DNA from: Nymphaea colorata
Lineage: Eukaryota
Assembly: GCF_008831285.2 (NCBI RefSeq)
Contig: NC_045138.2
Coordinates: 17,484,001-17,548,000, forward strand
Direction: 5' to 3'
Length of the DNA: 64,000 bases
Position numbers and translations under genes: made by a program
Part shown: one piece after another, positions 27,657-40,207 of the stretch
Numbering within the stretch: the stretch's first letter is position 1
Layout of the letters: every line of letters starts with the position of its first letter
Notes under the pieces: model-generated
What the model was told of the DNA's origin: nothing
Databases searched by the model: none
The model's input: only the letters and a program-made list of their open reading frames with translations

Positions 27657-30453
27657 TTGAAATACTGAAAAAATGCTAAACATGCACCGAAGCAGTCAAA
27701 TGCTTCAAAAGAATTAATGCAGAGAAGGCCTACTAGCTGTGCACTTTCCGAACCCTGGTCTAAAAGGCAGAGTAAATATGACCGGGAATGTGCAAAGAGT
27801 TGAAACTAAATGACAATTTTCTTAGGAGCAAAATCTAAAGAAGAATTACTGAACAGAATATTGGAAAGACCAACATGTACCTCGGAAAAACTCCGTTGAT
27901 CAACACTGAGCCGCTTAGTTGATAACTCTTTCAGTGCACAAAACAAAACCATATAAACCCTATGGGATATAAGCACATCTGCAGACTGAAAATGTTGTGC
28001 CAAAGTAGAAAAGAGTTCTGGCCTGAAAAAGAATTCATTACATGAAAAGATTAAATCATACAGCATGAAAGAAGCAAAGTATAACAGGCCTATGCCATTT
28101 GGTTATTTTAATTTTGCTGAAGCAAACAGTAGAAAACCACCGAGAAGACACAGATGAAATGGTAACATGGCAAGAAAGGAAAAACAGGCCTGTGCTATTT
28201 GGTTATTTTAATTTTGCTTAAGCAAACAGTAGAAAACCACAATGGAGAAGATGAGGATGAAATGGTGACATGGCAGGAAAGGGAAACATCCATCGGTACT
28301 TTCAGTTAAGGTTATTGAAATTAGTCAAACTAAGGTCCAAATTTTACTTTGGGAGAGGAAAACTAGGAAACTGGTACCAACATCAGTTAATAATAAATTA
28401 CGCAGATAATCCATCTTGCCTCTCATTTTTATTCCCTTATATGTACATCATATTTGATACTTCATAAAATGCGCACATTTGTTATCTTCAGTCATACTAT
28501 TCTAGCATATGTAAACATTTTCCCCTGAATAAACTAAAGTGTTCCTTGAGAAAGCACTACCAGAAGAAAAGCTATGCAACCGTGTTGATGGAATTTTAAT
28601 AAGTACAATCACAACACATAACATACTCAAATTTGCAGATAGAATTAAAATTTAAATATTATAAAAGACAAGTTATCTTGCAGATAACATAAAACCAAAC
28701 TTGAACAGAAGCTATCTTGATTTATCTCTCACCAAACTATAAAGCAACAAAAAAATATGGGCTGAAGAAGTACCATTCTTTTGGATAATCAATCCGAGCA
28801 ATTTTTGATATAAGGACAGCTCTTTGAAGTGCAATCTGTTATTTCAGTAGAAGAAGTTAGCTAAGAGAATGCCCAAAACATCAACCCATGAAGAAATTAC
28901 AGATGATAAATGCAAAATATGAATCTGAAACCAAACTCCCACAAGGATGAATCTCATGGAGTATTTAACGTTCATTACTACAATAAAGAGACAAGAAAAA
29001 CGCATGTATTTTTTTATTCAACGGGATACTTTAAAACCTGCTAAGTGAATAAAATGTAATAACCAATTAAAGAACATATTTTGGTCATAAGCTGGTGCGG
29101 TGGCAGAAACTTGCACATTTTCTGCTACGTATGAAAAAACTCCATAAACAGGATAAACGATATTATTCTTGGACTCTATGAAATCCCATCTAAACCATAT
29201 AATTTGCATGCAAGAACAAAAACAACACATTCAGCATTGTTAAGACAAGACTACGATCTTGCAACATCTGGGACAAAGATGTACACGGCACCCAAGGAGC
29301 CAGAAATTATGTTTGGAGACTTCAGCATGAGTAAATAGCCTGCATGTTACCATTACCGCCTTCATTTCCCAGGAAGCACACATTGCGTATTAAACTAAAG
29401 TTACTAAATAGTAACAAACCCAGCTAATCAGATATCCACCTGGTAATTTGTTTCCCTCAAGTCTGTAAGAAGCTTTTTCCGCAAGTAAGCCTTCTCCTCG
29501 TTGCTGATACCACTACAATAGAGTACAAACAGTTGTATGAAGTTAATGATCGCATCGCGAGCAAAACTGGACATTAACAAAACGGCATTTCAAATAGTGA
29601 ACGCAGATCAAGAAGTAATATGTCAAATCCTAAACTGATTACGGATACGGAACAGCTAACAGATAACGCTCCACCTCCGAAACTACTGTAATGATTGATA
29701 GAAGAAGGAGGCAGAACTCACTAAGAATCACGTCGGTGCCTCCAGTAACGATTGACGCTGTTCTTGAAATATACAGTCGCCAGAAGGCGAACTTCAGTGT
29801 GAGCAACAACGGTTTCCGATGTGATAATCTCCTGTTCAAACACTTCCCCGCATTACAACCATAAACAGAGAAATATACATCCAAATTCCAACCTTAGTTC
29901 GCAAATGGTTGGCAACTCAAAGAATTCAGACTCGGATACAATCCCCTGCGCCCATTACATTCGCAAAAAGATAACAAAGACGCGATCATCCAAAGAAACA
30001 GACCTCAACCAGAAGCAACCAGAAACACACGAAGACCAGCAAAAGTCCACCAACAACAAAAGAAAACTAAGTAAAATCATCCCGCCACATAAAAGAAACC
30101 GTTATTCGATGGGAAGAAAGCTCAACCAGAAATAATCGGACCATGCAATTCCGAACCAGCGGTAAATAAGTCAAGGCACCCACCATATTCGGCCCGTGGT
30201 CAACCAAATCGAAACTACAGCAAAGTGAGAAAGCACGGGAAAATACATGCGCGGGCGGGGGAAACACGAGAAGAGATCGAATTGCAGGCGAACCAGAGAA
30301 TGCGCGGCTTACCAAGAGAGAGGAGCAGAAACCGGGGCGGCTTTCGAACTCGGAGAGGGTAGCCTCGGCGGGCTTACGGACGTTGGGGTCGGCGCTGAGT
30401 GCATTGGAGAGGAGGGAGAAGACGGAGGGGAGATCGGCCATTGACAGCGCCAT
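3703..30453 (-). CDS. KA120: Importin-11 / KA120-like importin-beta family nuclear transport receptor, 23 exons, about 1015 aa
   Basis: Exons traced by hand, all GT-AG and in phase: 30453-30313, 29831-29722, 29512-29440, 28835-28774, 28022-27881, 27407-27189, 27083-27017, 24357-23958, 22391-22244, 22107-21947, 20182-20083, 19273-19199, 19043-18909, 18051-17959, 16130-15948, 15845-15741, 15439-15281, 13868-13824, 13736-13515, 10367-10261, 10167-10117, 9907-9823, 3867-3703 (sum 3048 nt). Motifs match my recollection of plant importin-11: MALSxxDLP...AEATLSEFESRPGFCS, YFKNSVNRYW, KIARIDYPKEWPELF, KELSTKRL, DLEEWNRDPEVFHHEQD, KLRPCAEALF, and C-terminal SDPIKQLALENILKENL. Confidence 0.93.
4179..4406 (+). 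repeat. 5' LTR (228 bp)
   Basis: Starts TGTTG, ends CAACA; no difference from the 3' LTR found by eye. Confidence 0.96.
4407..4418 (+). promoter_or_regulatory. Primer-binding site complementary to the 3' end of initiator tRNA-Met
   Basis: TGGTATCAGAGC directly after the 5' LTR, the canonical plant LTR-retrotransposon PBS. Confidence 0.95.
4421..4510 (+). repeat. 22-bp tandem repeat (about 4 copies) in the retrotransposon leader
   Basis: Unit CGACTCAAGCTGCTGGCGTGAT repeated with small changes. Confidence 0.85.
5077..9290 (+). CDS. Copia gag-pol polyprotein with one apparent -1 frameshift at the G5 run 5754-5758
   Basis: Gag: KLDGHNYELWSRSF, VMSWIMNS, LRQGNQDLSQYF. After the shift, in the pol frame: RGRG-rich segment and zinc knuckle CTYCGKIGHLEDRC; protease WIIDSGASRH; integrase WHLRLGHP..CEAC, LLHVDVWGP, IRTDNALEF, QQNGVAERKHR; RT YKARLVAKG, LDVKNAFL, YVDD; RNase H YSDAD, CDNKAA, ADMFTK. 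One extra G would join ORFs 5077..5805 and 5907..9290. Confidence 0.93.
9289..9297 (+). promoter_or_regulatory. Polypurine tract
   Basis: GAGGGGGAG immediately before the 3' LTR. Confidence 0.9.
9298..9525 (+). repeat. 3' LTR (228 bp)
   Basis: Same length and sequence as 4179-4406. Confidence 0.96.
10567..12250. mobile_element. PIF/Harbinger (Tourist-like) non-autonomous element in importin intron 19, containing a nested element
   Basis: Terminal inverted repeats TGTTTGGATGGAGGGA and TCCCTCCATCCAAACA, with purine-rich left and pyrimidine-rich right subterminal tracts; followed by TTA. Ends approximate. Confidence 0.6.
11377..12072. mobile_element. Nested non-autonomous hAT-like element
   Basis: TIRs CATAGCAACAAATAT and ATATTTGTGGCTATG; degenerate 8-bp flanks GTTAAAAC and GTCCAAAC; subterminal (CC)GAGATTTT repeats. 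Confidence 0.6.
20647..21607. mobile_element. Non-autonomous hAT element in importin intron 10
   Basis: Exact 8-bp TSD ATTGCATA (20639-20646, 21608-21615); imperfect TIRs GCATGTAACATGGGTA and TACCTATGTGACATAG; subterminal GTACCC/GGGTAC motifs. Confidence 0.8.
23010..23261. mobile_element. Truncated relative of the 20647-21607 hAT element
   Basis: Same right end GTACCCGTACCTATGTGACATAG and shared internal AGTCCATTT.CGTCCAAAAA. Confidence 0.6.
28083..28282. repeat. About 100-bp tandem duplication in importin intron 4
   Basis: ACAGGCCT..ATTTGGTTATTTTAATTTTGCT.AAGCAAACAGTAGAAAACCAC..GATGAAATGGT.ACATGGCA occurs twice head-to-tail. Confidence 0.85.
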
Positions 30454-30797
30454 CGTCGATCGATGGCTGCGCCGAGAGAAGACGAAACAATGGAGGGGAG
30501 AGCGATCAGGATTCGTCGATCAACCGAAAAAATCCAAACAGGAAAGGAGATGCAGGTAGAGCGAGCGGGAGAAGGGAAGGAGACGAAGATCGAAACCCAG
30601 CGTATAAACGAAAATGATTAAAGAAGAGTCATCCGGTGCAGCGCGCTCAGAAACTCAGAGGAAGCATGGGTGTAAACGGATCGGATACTAACAAGGACAC
30701 AAACCCGAACAAGACAAAGTTACCGCAAAATCTGCTCATCAATTGGTTAATATATACAAACGGGATTGAACATTCAAGTTTCTGTATGATCGTGAAA

Positions 30798-30828
<31 letters not shown>

Positions 30829-32187
30829 TAAGGAAATTATGAAAGGCATATTGTTTTGTAGGGCTATCAATGAGTCACACACCACAATAATCAGGCTGCT
30901 GCCTCGAAATTAAATTAAATTCAATTAAATGCTTTCGGTAAAAGAAAATGTGAATGATAGTCGAACTCATAATTGGTATTCGACTTAATGTGCTTGAATC
31001 TCAGTTAGACTTCGGGGTCTTATTTAAGTATCTTGAAAGTTTTACAGAAATACTGTCAAGTTTGAATGGAATGAAAAAACATGCTTAATTTTTGACTTAT
31101 TTCACATAACTACCTGCATTGCATATGAAATAAGCAGTTAAATTAAATAAATCAATACTTACGCATGACCTTTATGTTATTTAATCTTAATTTGAGCTTT
31201 TCTTTACTGAATGAAAACTCTCCATCTGTTACAGCTAACTTAAGATTAAGTTAGTGCTTAGGATATGAATGGTCGTGCTGATATTTCACATTGCTAAACT
31301 GCAACATTGGGCAGTTCCAGATGTATCAAACTCGAGAAATTGATGTTAATTTCCTAATGAATGACCGTGTTCGTCCCCTAGAAAGCAGGCTCAAATGCAT
31401 TATGGAACAGATGTTTATGTAAGACTTTCCCTTTTGTTTCTTCCAATTAATGGGTAGTCATCTCCCAATGCATCTCTCATGAGTCCCACCCTCCATCAAC
31501 CATCAACAAGGCAGAAGTTCTCATCGATACGACAAGAAACTCGATTCTCTCCAAAATTTTGGAGCAGATTATAGAAATGTATTTCATGAATTTATCTCAA
31601 TCTTTGGACCAACCGTATTTATGAAATAGTTACATACTGTTCTGCTTGCCAAACTGACCCAAAAAACACTATAGAGTTATGAGCCCATAAAACAGAAATC
31701 TAGTGGCTGCTAAATTGCTTCAATTGAGCTGGGGTTGCTTTAATCATGCTCAATCACATAAACAAGAACAGGGCTTTTTTTCAGTTTGTCTAATTCACTT
31801 AAACAGAATGAGATCTATGCAGGATATAACTGAATCACATGTTAATTTTGCAAAATTATTGAATACAGTATCTGGGTCTTGCTTGCCATTTTTTACTGCA
31901 GCAGCTTGAAATCTGTTCCAACTTTCAGTCTATCGCACATAAATGGCTGTTCCACTTTCCAAACTTTTGTAGCTCTATTGCACATAAAACACTTTGAAGG
32001 GTAGTGTTTGCAGAGGCACTCAAGAGGCATAATTTACATTAAGTACTGTAATAAGTTATTTCACTGCAAAAGGAGAAGAGCAGCAGACAATCTCATCTCC
32101 ATTATTTAGAGATACCCAAGAACAGAGTCAAAAACTTTCCCTTTGCTTATATGACATACAAGAGAGAGAGAGCTGAGAGAGGGAGAT

Positions 32188-34300
32188 TCAAAATGTGACT
32201 GTGATTCCAAGAACACTGGCAAGGTCAGAAATGAAGTTCGGAAGAGAATTCCATCCCTTTGCGGTAACCATTTTCCCATGAGCCACTGATTCAGAAGTCT
32301 CATCTGCCTCCCCTCCTGCTAGCCCAACCACAACTCTCATTCCACCACTACTGGCACATTTCTTCCCCTACAAAAACCGATTCAATTGAACTTCTTCAGC
32401 TTTTTTAAATCCACACACACACACATACATGCCCCTGCAAGCCTGTCGGGGTAACCCCTGATATATTAAATCAAAAGAATGGGAAATACACACATGTATA
32501 GAGCCAAGGAATGCTAACTCTAGGCCTCTGTGGGCAAAGACAGCCAGAACTTTCTGGTTAAGGGGCACTAGGTGTATAATTTTAAATTTGCAAGGAGCAC
32601 CAATATATAAACGAGAAAAATTGTCCTGAAAGTTCAATATGAAAATAAGAATTTTTGGGGGGTTTGTGTGGGCAATTGCCCACACTTCGCCTACACCTGT
32701 CTTTTCCCCTGTCAGTGGGACAACATGGCTGGAGATAGCTTTTGGTTTATCTAAAGCAACATATGCACTCAATATGGTGTACTCAGCAAATTTCAATTCT
32801 TCGTTTGTAATAAGAGCAGTAAGACCAAGTAAAACTGTAAAACTACTGGTTTGCACTAATTTAATTCAATTCATATGATTCAATGACTCAGAGAAAAGCA
32901 CAGGCAAATTAGTTTTCGAAAAAACTAACAATCAATTACTTAATTACTTTATTGGAAAACAACTTCTCTTGAGTTAGTGAGAGAGAGAGAGAGAGACCTT
33001 AAGAAGCCCAGCAGCAGCCAAGACAAGCTGTCCCTCTCCAATTGCAGAAACAATCTTGTTCTCTTCTGAGAATTGCTTCACCAATGACACAACCCTTTCA
33101 TCGACGGCCAAGTATTCAGGAGCCCTGCCTCCGGGGATCACAATGCAATCGTAATCTGCCACCTTCATCCTTTCGACGTCGTTGGTGATGATGAAGTAAT
33201 GCCCAACCTTTTGTTCGCTGCATATTTCTGATCCTTTGATGCCAAAATCTTGAATGCACGTCACACACTTTTCCCCTGCACTCTTTCCGGGGCTTATTGC
33301 ATCAACTCTGCATCCCAAACCTCCAAATGCCCTGAACACCACATTGATCTCGTAGTCTTCCGTGTAATCCTTCAACCACACACAACATTCAATATCATTA
33401 TATTGGTGTATTATATATATATATAAAACATGCAACTTCTTTTCTTCACGGAGAAAGTAAATGGCCAATAAACATCTTATAGACTGATATTATTACATCA
33501 TGAAATACATTTCAAATGTAATAACATCTATAAGAATTACTTTAGTCATTTGAAATCCAACATGAGACATCGGATCTTACCCCACAGACGAAGAGGACCG
33601 ATTTACCATGAGCTCCTGTGATTCTTGCTCCCATCGAGCCAAGAAGTTGGCTAAGTATCTCATTGTGGGCCGGCCAGCCAATTGCAGTTATGACATTGCC
33701 ATCAGCAACGGCAGTGGTAACTGGGTCTGGTTCCACCCATGCACCGCCTGCAAGCTTGACCACATGCTTCAAGCTGGGAAATGCGGTGCACCTCTTGCCA
33801 CTGATCAGGCCAGCTGAGACCAGGACCAGCTGGCTATGGCACGTAGTCAAGATCGGCCGGCCGAGCCCGGCGAACCGCGTCACCATGTTTACGACATCGT
33901 CATCGACACAGATAACTTCCGTGAACCGGCCGCCGGGGATGATCAGTGCATCATAATCCTCAAGATTAGCATCGCTGAAGCTGGCGTTTAACGTGAAGAA
34001 ATGACCTTCTAGCTCCGTGTATATCTGTTTGAAACAAGCAATTCACTGTTAAGCACTGTAGCTGCAGTCCTTGCGTTACGAAGTTTGAAAGAGGAGGGAG
34101 AGAGCGGGGTTTACCTCATATCCCATGTACTCGTGGACGGCCGTGACGCACTTCTGACCCGTTTTTTTGTTTGGCGATACGGCATCGACTCGGACGCCAA
34201 CGGCTTGGAGCACCTGGAACGGCACCATGGCTTCGTAGTCCTCCATGTAATCTCCGCATATCATCAGCGCTCGCTTTGCTCTCTGACCGACCGATCCCAT
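32188..34300 (-). CDS. DJ1E: DJ-1/PfpI family protein with two domains, DJ-1E/YLS5-like, 4 exons, 393 aa
   Basis: Exons 34300-34115, 34024-33581, 33369-32998, 32367-32188, all GT-AG and phase 0. Motifs: ICGDYMEDYE, YDALIIPGGRFTE, TTCHSQLVL, GKRCTAF; second domain VCGDYTEDYEINV, YDCIVIPGGRAPE, AIGEGQLVLAAAGLLKGKKCAS; C-terminus LGITVTF. Confidence 0.9.
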
Positions 34301-35939
34301 CTCTCTCTCTTTCTCTTTCAATCTCTAAGGCAGCTCCGGCCGGCCGGCGGGACGACCTGAGAACCGATCCGTTACACTCTTTTATGAAGATGGTCTCCCC
34401 CTCACTCTGCCTCTCTCTCATCGGTGTTCTTCCTTTCTTATAAGGAAGAAGAAGTTCTTCTCCTTCTCTCTCTCTCTCTCTCCCCCACGTGAAGCATGGA
34501 GTTCAGAGATCGATGAGGCGTTGATGGTTCGGTGGGACTCGGCTCGGGTCGTGGTTACCAACGAACTCCTCTTTATTTCGCCGAAATTCAAATGACGGCC
34601 TTCAAATTTGCTTTCGCGCACCTCAGATCTTAAATCTTTGATATTCTCCAATTCAGGGTTTTTGATATAATAATGCTACGAAAGTGTTCGTCTTCTCGCA
34701 TGCGAATCTCTTTTATCTATTGGCAAATAGCACTTGAATTTAAGTGGCTTCCTTTTTGAAAGTGATCTTACAAGAACTACGTTATAGAAAATCTTAGACA
34801 ACAAGATGGCAGGATCAAGAGCTTAGATTTAGTCCAAAGCCTTCAACTTGCCGCAATTTATACTCCTCGCCGGTGGTGGAGAAACACGGCAGCCCCAACA
34901 TGTAACTTCAAGTAAATTTAAGCTACAGTATTTTATTATTTACTAGCATGAGCCAGGTTTACAGTGGACATGAAAATAAAGGTAAAAGAGGGGTGCTTTT
35001 ATTTTTGAAGCATTCAAGGAATGTATTACGACCACTTTTGGAGAATACTCCAGTGGCTGCTTTTCGTTGGTGGGTTCGAAATTAACTGTTTAAACTTTAA
35101 TATGATTGTGAAAATTATTGTCGGTATATATATATAGATATGACTAAACTATATGAAATAAGAAAAACAGATAATATAAAATAATTAAAAAAGATAAAGG
35201 GTTCCTACCAATATGCACTACAAGAAAAAAAAATGAATGGCACTTGGTATTAAGGCGTGCGTGTGCCTAATTAGCTACTAGTCAAGGTGAAAAAATCATA
35301 TAATTGTGACGCAGCCTAAGGTAATAACTTGTTTAGCTCAATTTTTTTTTAAAAAATTAAATTTTAATTGTTTTATATAAAAATTTTGAAAAATGATATT
35401 TTGACCCATGTCAAAATTTATAAACTTTAATTTGGCTTCCCTCATGAAAAATTTCTGGCTCCCTCTACTTATCATCAATGGCCTATTCTGAATGGATACC
35501 ATATATTTAGTAACACTTCATTTAATAATGGAGTCATTAATAATAAAAGATCCTGATTGAGCAAAAGGAACGGTCTGAAAGTAACTTTTTTCATTCATAT
35601 TTATACGGGGGTGTTAATAACATTCCTTAGATTAGGATATAAATGTCATTCTCCCACTTGTTTGATAAGTTCATCCAATTTTGTTGTGTTTGCAAAATAT
35701 GTGGACTAAATAAATAAGGGTGGTACATGAACTAATTACAAACAATTAACCGATAACTCAGTTAATGATTTATAAGGTGTCGCATGTAAAATTTATTTTT
35801 TAGCTTTGAAGGAAAACAACGAATGATTTAATACTGAAAAAGTAACTTTGCAAGTGGACAGGCTATATTGTGAACTATCAACTAAATTGTAGTGACAATT
35901 CATAGCAAGTCTACATAATAAATTATTTTTAAATTTTAA

Positions 35940-36072
35940 ATGGGTCGAGCCCAAGCCAAGACCCAGGCTATTGGGCCGGGCCCGGGCCGAGACCCGGGCT
36001 ATTGGGCCGGGCCCGGGCCGAGACCCGGGCTATTGGGCCGGGCTCACCGGCCAGGCCTGATGCCCACCCTTA
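35940..36072. mobile_element. hAT-like element end with a 31-bp GC-rich tandem repeat
   Basis: GACCCGGGCTATTGGGCCGGGCCCGGGCCGA about 2.7 times, ending in TIR-like GATGCCCACCCTTA. Confidence 0.55.
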
Positions 36073-36479
36073 CTAAAAAGGCGTTTTGTGTGCGTTTATT
36101 AATGCATTTTTCTAAGCCCAAGGGGCTTATCTTAGCCGGTGTATTTTCATCTTCTTATGCCAAATATCGGCAAAAATGATTTTCATCAACGTCTAAATGG
36201 AATGAGTTGATGAAAGTATCAGTTATACCGACGCTTAGGCTAAACGTCCGTTGGTAATTGTTCGCCCAAAATTTCTTGCATTGACACGAACACTGTCACT
36301 AGGAGGTGTCACTAAAATCTTTTTTTTCTCGACAGCCACTGACTGGCCATCAGTGAACAAAAACTTTGACAGACACGTTATCATCGGATCGGTGAAGGTC
36401 AATATTTATCCACGTCTTTTTCTAAATATTGGTGAAGGTCAATCTGCATCGAACTCATGAATAAACGTCGATAAAAAAT

Positions 36480-36892
36480 TGTGGAAGCAGGTCGAGTTCG
36501 ACTTGTCATTTATGTGTTGAGCTTGAACTCGACTCAATTAAAGCTTGACAAACTCGTTTGAATGTATGGACTATTACTTTGCCATAAATCGAGCTCAACT
36601 CAATTAAGGCTCGGCAAACTTCAATGAGCTTTTGTAAAAACTTACATAATTAATTAAGGTCAATATATCAGTTTTTTAATTAAAAACGAGTAAGATATTT
36701 GAAAAATCGCTACACATCATTTTCGAGTCAAATGAAGCTTTAACAGTGAACTCGAACTCAACTCGATTATTTGAACAAGTTGACTCATAAACACGAGCTC
36801 GACTCGTTAAGCAAATAACTCAGTTCAAACTCGGTTACGAGTTGTGTTTTAAAGAGTGTAGCTCTAATAGCTCCACTTGTTGTTCACCCCTA
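36480..36892 (-). mobile_element. Fragment of the same hAT-MITE family as 46531-47012, opposite orientation
   Basis: GAGCTCGACTCG/CTCGAACTC subterminal repeats, ending TGTTCACCCCTA. Smaller relics at about 2120-2243 and 46230-46290. Confidence 0.65.
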
Positions 36893-38528
36893 ATCAACAG
36901 CGATCCATCCACTCTTTGATGTTTCCATGTTTTTTTTATAGTTAATAACTTAACGTTGCTGTAAACGGGGACATACATAAACAAGAAAAGCACTAGTTGA
37001 CAGATTCTTTGAGAGACCAAAGCAGCTTCGAGCCCTTAACCTACCAGAAAGAGGAAATGGAAGCTTCCGTTCTCATTGGGATAGTGAGATTCTCGTTCTG
37101 CTGACTAAAAAACTCATTTTCTTTGACCGAATGTTAAAATGGCGGTCGAAATTAGAGGCAGGCATATGATATTAGCAACACATGACACACTTCTGCAATC
37201 TCTGGTACCGTTATTCCAAGATTTAGATGGAATGCTTTGTTACGGAGAACATGATGTGAGACGATTCAGTTGCCGGGAAATGAAACTAGACAGTCGAAAA
37301 TATTTTAGAAGTCCCAAGGATTTCCTTTTCTTTTTTTAATCTTTGATATATATATATATATAAGTCGGAAGATTGATGATATAAAAAAGTTCATGAACTT
37401 TCTAATTCATGAGACTGCATAAAAAATACTCATAATATATATATATATATATATATATATTTCTCATTCCTATAACAGTTTAATAATCAATCATCAAGAA
37501 AAAGGCACGAAGGTTCCCCCTTCCTTTTTCTGCTTCTACAATGGTAAGTGTCAGTGATGGCAATGTTGTATCCTTTAATTTAAATATTGTACCTTACAAC
37601 TTAAGATGTATACGTATGACGCCTATAACAATTCAATTTTTAATTTTACAGTATTGACTAAGGGTGAAGGGAGGTGTGGGCAAAGTATGGGCAATCGCGG
37701 ATCCACAAAAAGTATTTATTTTATATATTGACATATCAAAATAATTTTTCTCATTTACTTGTTGATGTCCTTTAAAAACATAAAAAATTCATTACCCGTA
37801 CACCTTAATAAAAAATTTGTGACTCCGTCCCTAACATTGATTACCACAGCATCTAGATTCATTTTTTTGGATCAAACTAGATGCTGCGTCGGGTTGGCCG
37901 AGGCAGAAAACGCGGGTTCCAGCAGGAACACGCGCGACCACACCCCTGGTACATATGAGTGAAGAAGATAATGACAACATCTCATCTGCCTACACAAATG
38001 CTTAGCAAGTGAAGAAGAATAATTAAAGATTAAAAAGCCTTCAAACTGGACTTGTATTTCTAAATCACCTTATATAAAAGCAACCATATTGGGTCCATTT
38101 GAATGGTCGAGAACGTCCTACAAAATAGTCAAGTTCAATGATTTCATCAGCTCTTATGAAATCGGTGGCAGGGCCATAAATTTTTAGGTGAGAGGCAGTA
38201 GTTATAAAGAGTACATCACCCACAACTAGTATCGATCAATGTTAAAAATCAATGGGCCTATGCTCTTAGTTGGCCTCACATGCTCACACCTAGCTCTGTC
38301 ACTGTACTGTATGAAACACTAATCAATCCACATATCGATCTGATTAGGCAAGTAATCACCATGATACTGAAAAAAAAAGGGTCCTGATATGGATCTAAGA
38401 TGAGTATGGGAAGCAACGGCAGGGCCAGAAATATTTGGCTAAAGGGCACTAAGTGACCGCTTGAAGAAAGAGCAGCAAATTCACTTGTTGATGGACTAAA
38501 GATGGCGGTCAAAGGACCCAAGACTGAT

Positions 38529-38580
38529 TAGGGATGTCAACATATCTGCTTTGGATTAGTTATCCGACTAATCACTTTGA

Positions 38581-38612
<32 letters not shown>

Positions 38613-38800
38613 ATGTGTGTGTGTTCGATGAAGAGATCAGATTAAATTCAGATTTAAGAAATGACATATGATCGGATTCAAATATATATAAGTATCTGAT
38701 TGGATTTGAATTTAGATAGATATCTAAATCCAATGCTCGTATATTTTGAAAATCAGCTAGATTCGGTTCAAAATTCAAATATACACAAAAATACATGTTA
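38529..38800. mobile_element. hAT-like non-autonomous fragment
   Basis: Begins TAGGGATGTCAA, followed by repeated ATCCGA/GGATT motifs; the other end was not found. Confidence 0.45.
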
Positions 38801-40207
38801 AAGCTCTGAGATGAGTCGCAAAATGATCTCTTGGTGAATGGTGATTGAATATAGCCTAGGATCGTAATGTTGCTGGTTAGGCTGGCAGGCCGGTAAGAGC
38901 TCGGTCGTCAGTTCGATTCTTATGGGCACTACTCATCTTGACTGCAAACTATGACATGTGAAACATTCAAGTTGAAGGGTAAAGCGTAGGTCCACAGAAC
39001 TCTCAAAGCAACCCTCAACCCCAAGAAGAAGGAGAAAAGGGCAGCTTTTGCCTCTCGCAAATTGCCAGTTGTATAGAGATGAATTGGTTCATACTATTAG
39101 AAGTTATGTTGTTTGGTGTGGTGCAGACATGAATGCAAATAGATGGGCTTTCATCTGATATTAGATATGGAAATTGGACTCTTAAAATGCAAATTAGGCA
39201 AATGAATGAGATCAATAAAACAGATGCCGATTGATCTGGTTTGAATCTCAACACCATCTAATTTGATGGACATCTAAATCCAATAGCACATAAAGTTTTA
39301 CACTTGCGCAGACGAATGCAAAGTCCCATTTCAAACAAGTAGATGTAGCATCCCAGTTAAATTGTGTTAGAATGGGTGGACATAATGTCTCTAAAAGGCA
39401 CATGTTTTGAGATATTTCATCTCAGGCTCTATCCTCATAGATAAAAGAGAATGAATTTTTCTTCTCAGAAAACTTGCCCCCATCTTCTTTTGGTACAGTT
39501 TGACTGTGATAAGTTGTCCAGAGAAGTTTATCTTAAATTTTCTCCTGCATGGGAACACGCTCTTAAGGTAAATTCGCTAATGACTTGGGTGCGTCTTGAT
39601 GATGGGAAATTTCTCAGGTTACTTAACACCACATACCCATTCCTTTTCTTTTTCTTTTTTGTTTTCTTTTTCTTTTTGAAAAAAAGAAAAAAGTTACATT
39701 TTCACGTGTAAGTAATCTCTGTCAACGTTTTCTCAAAAGGAAAAAAAAAACAATCAAACGCCACCAAATTTTCTTGGGAATAAGATTCTTGCCTGTAATT
39801 TTCTGACTCAATGCCTCAATGTCCACAAGTTGAAAGAAAATGGACTGCCCATTTCTTTTTTCTTCACTGTGTAGCTGGAAATTAAAGTAATGGAACTCCA
39901 TGGATGCAAATCCAGGATCTCATATGCTGTAAAATTCTTACACAAACTAAGCAGTATCAATAATACTCCACAAAGGAGCGCTTAATAAGGTTTTATAGAT
40001 CTAACTCAGTTCACGTAGGGCGCTTGATCCCAAAACATATTTCCCAACAATCCCAAAGACTAAAAACGATCGACTTGGCGCTAGCTTTCAACACCAGCTT
40101 CCACCAAATCAACCATTCTAACAATTCATAAACACAGTTCTAAAAGAATACACTAGTATCGATCCATGAATCCACACAAAGATTATGGGCGCCTGCACCA
40201 CCCATCC

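Noticed and set aside
32560..32720. Palindrome GTGTGGGCAATTGCCCACAC, with relatives near 45340, 48380 and 57890
   Set aside because: Recurrent motif that looks like a common MITE family; boundaries could not be fixed and nothing locus-specific.
32998..33060. No catalytic Cys in DJ-1 domain 2 (AIGEG)
   Set aside because: As I recall, the normal state for the DJ-1E clade rather than a new lesion.
35960..36045. 31-bp GC-rich repeats and the 79-aa ORF over them
   Set aside because: Subterminal repeats of a hAT-like end; no spacers or coding signal.
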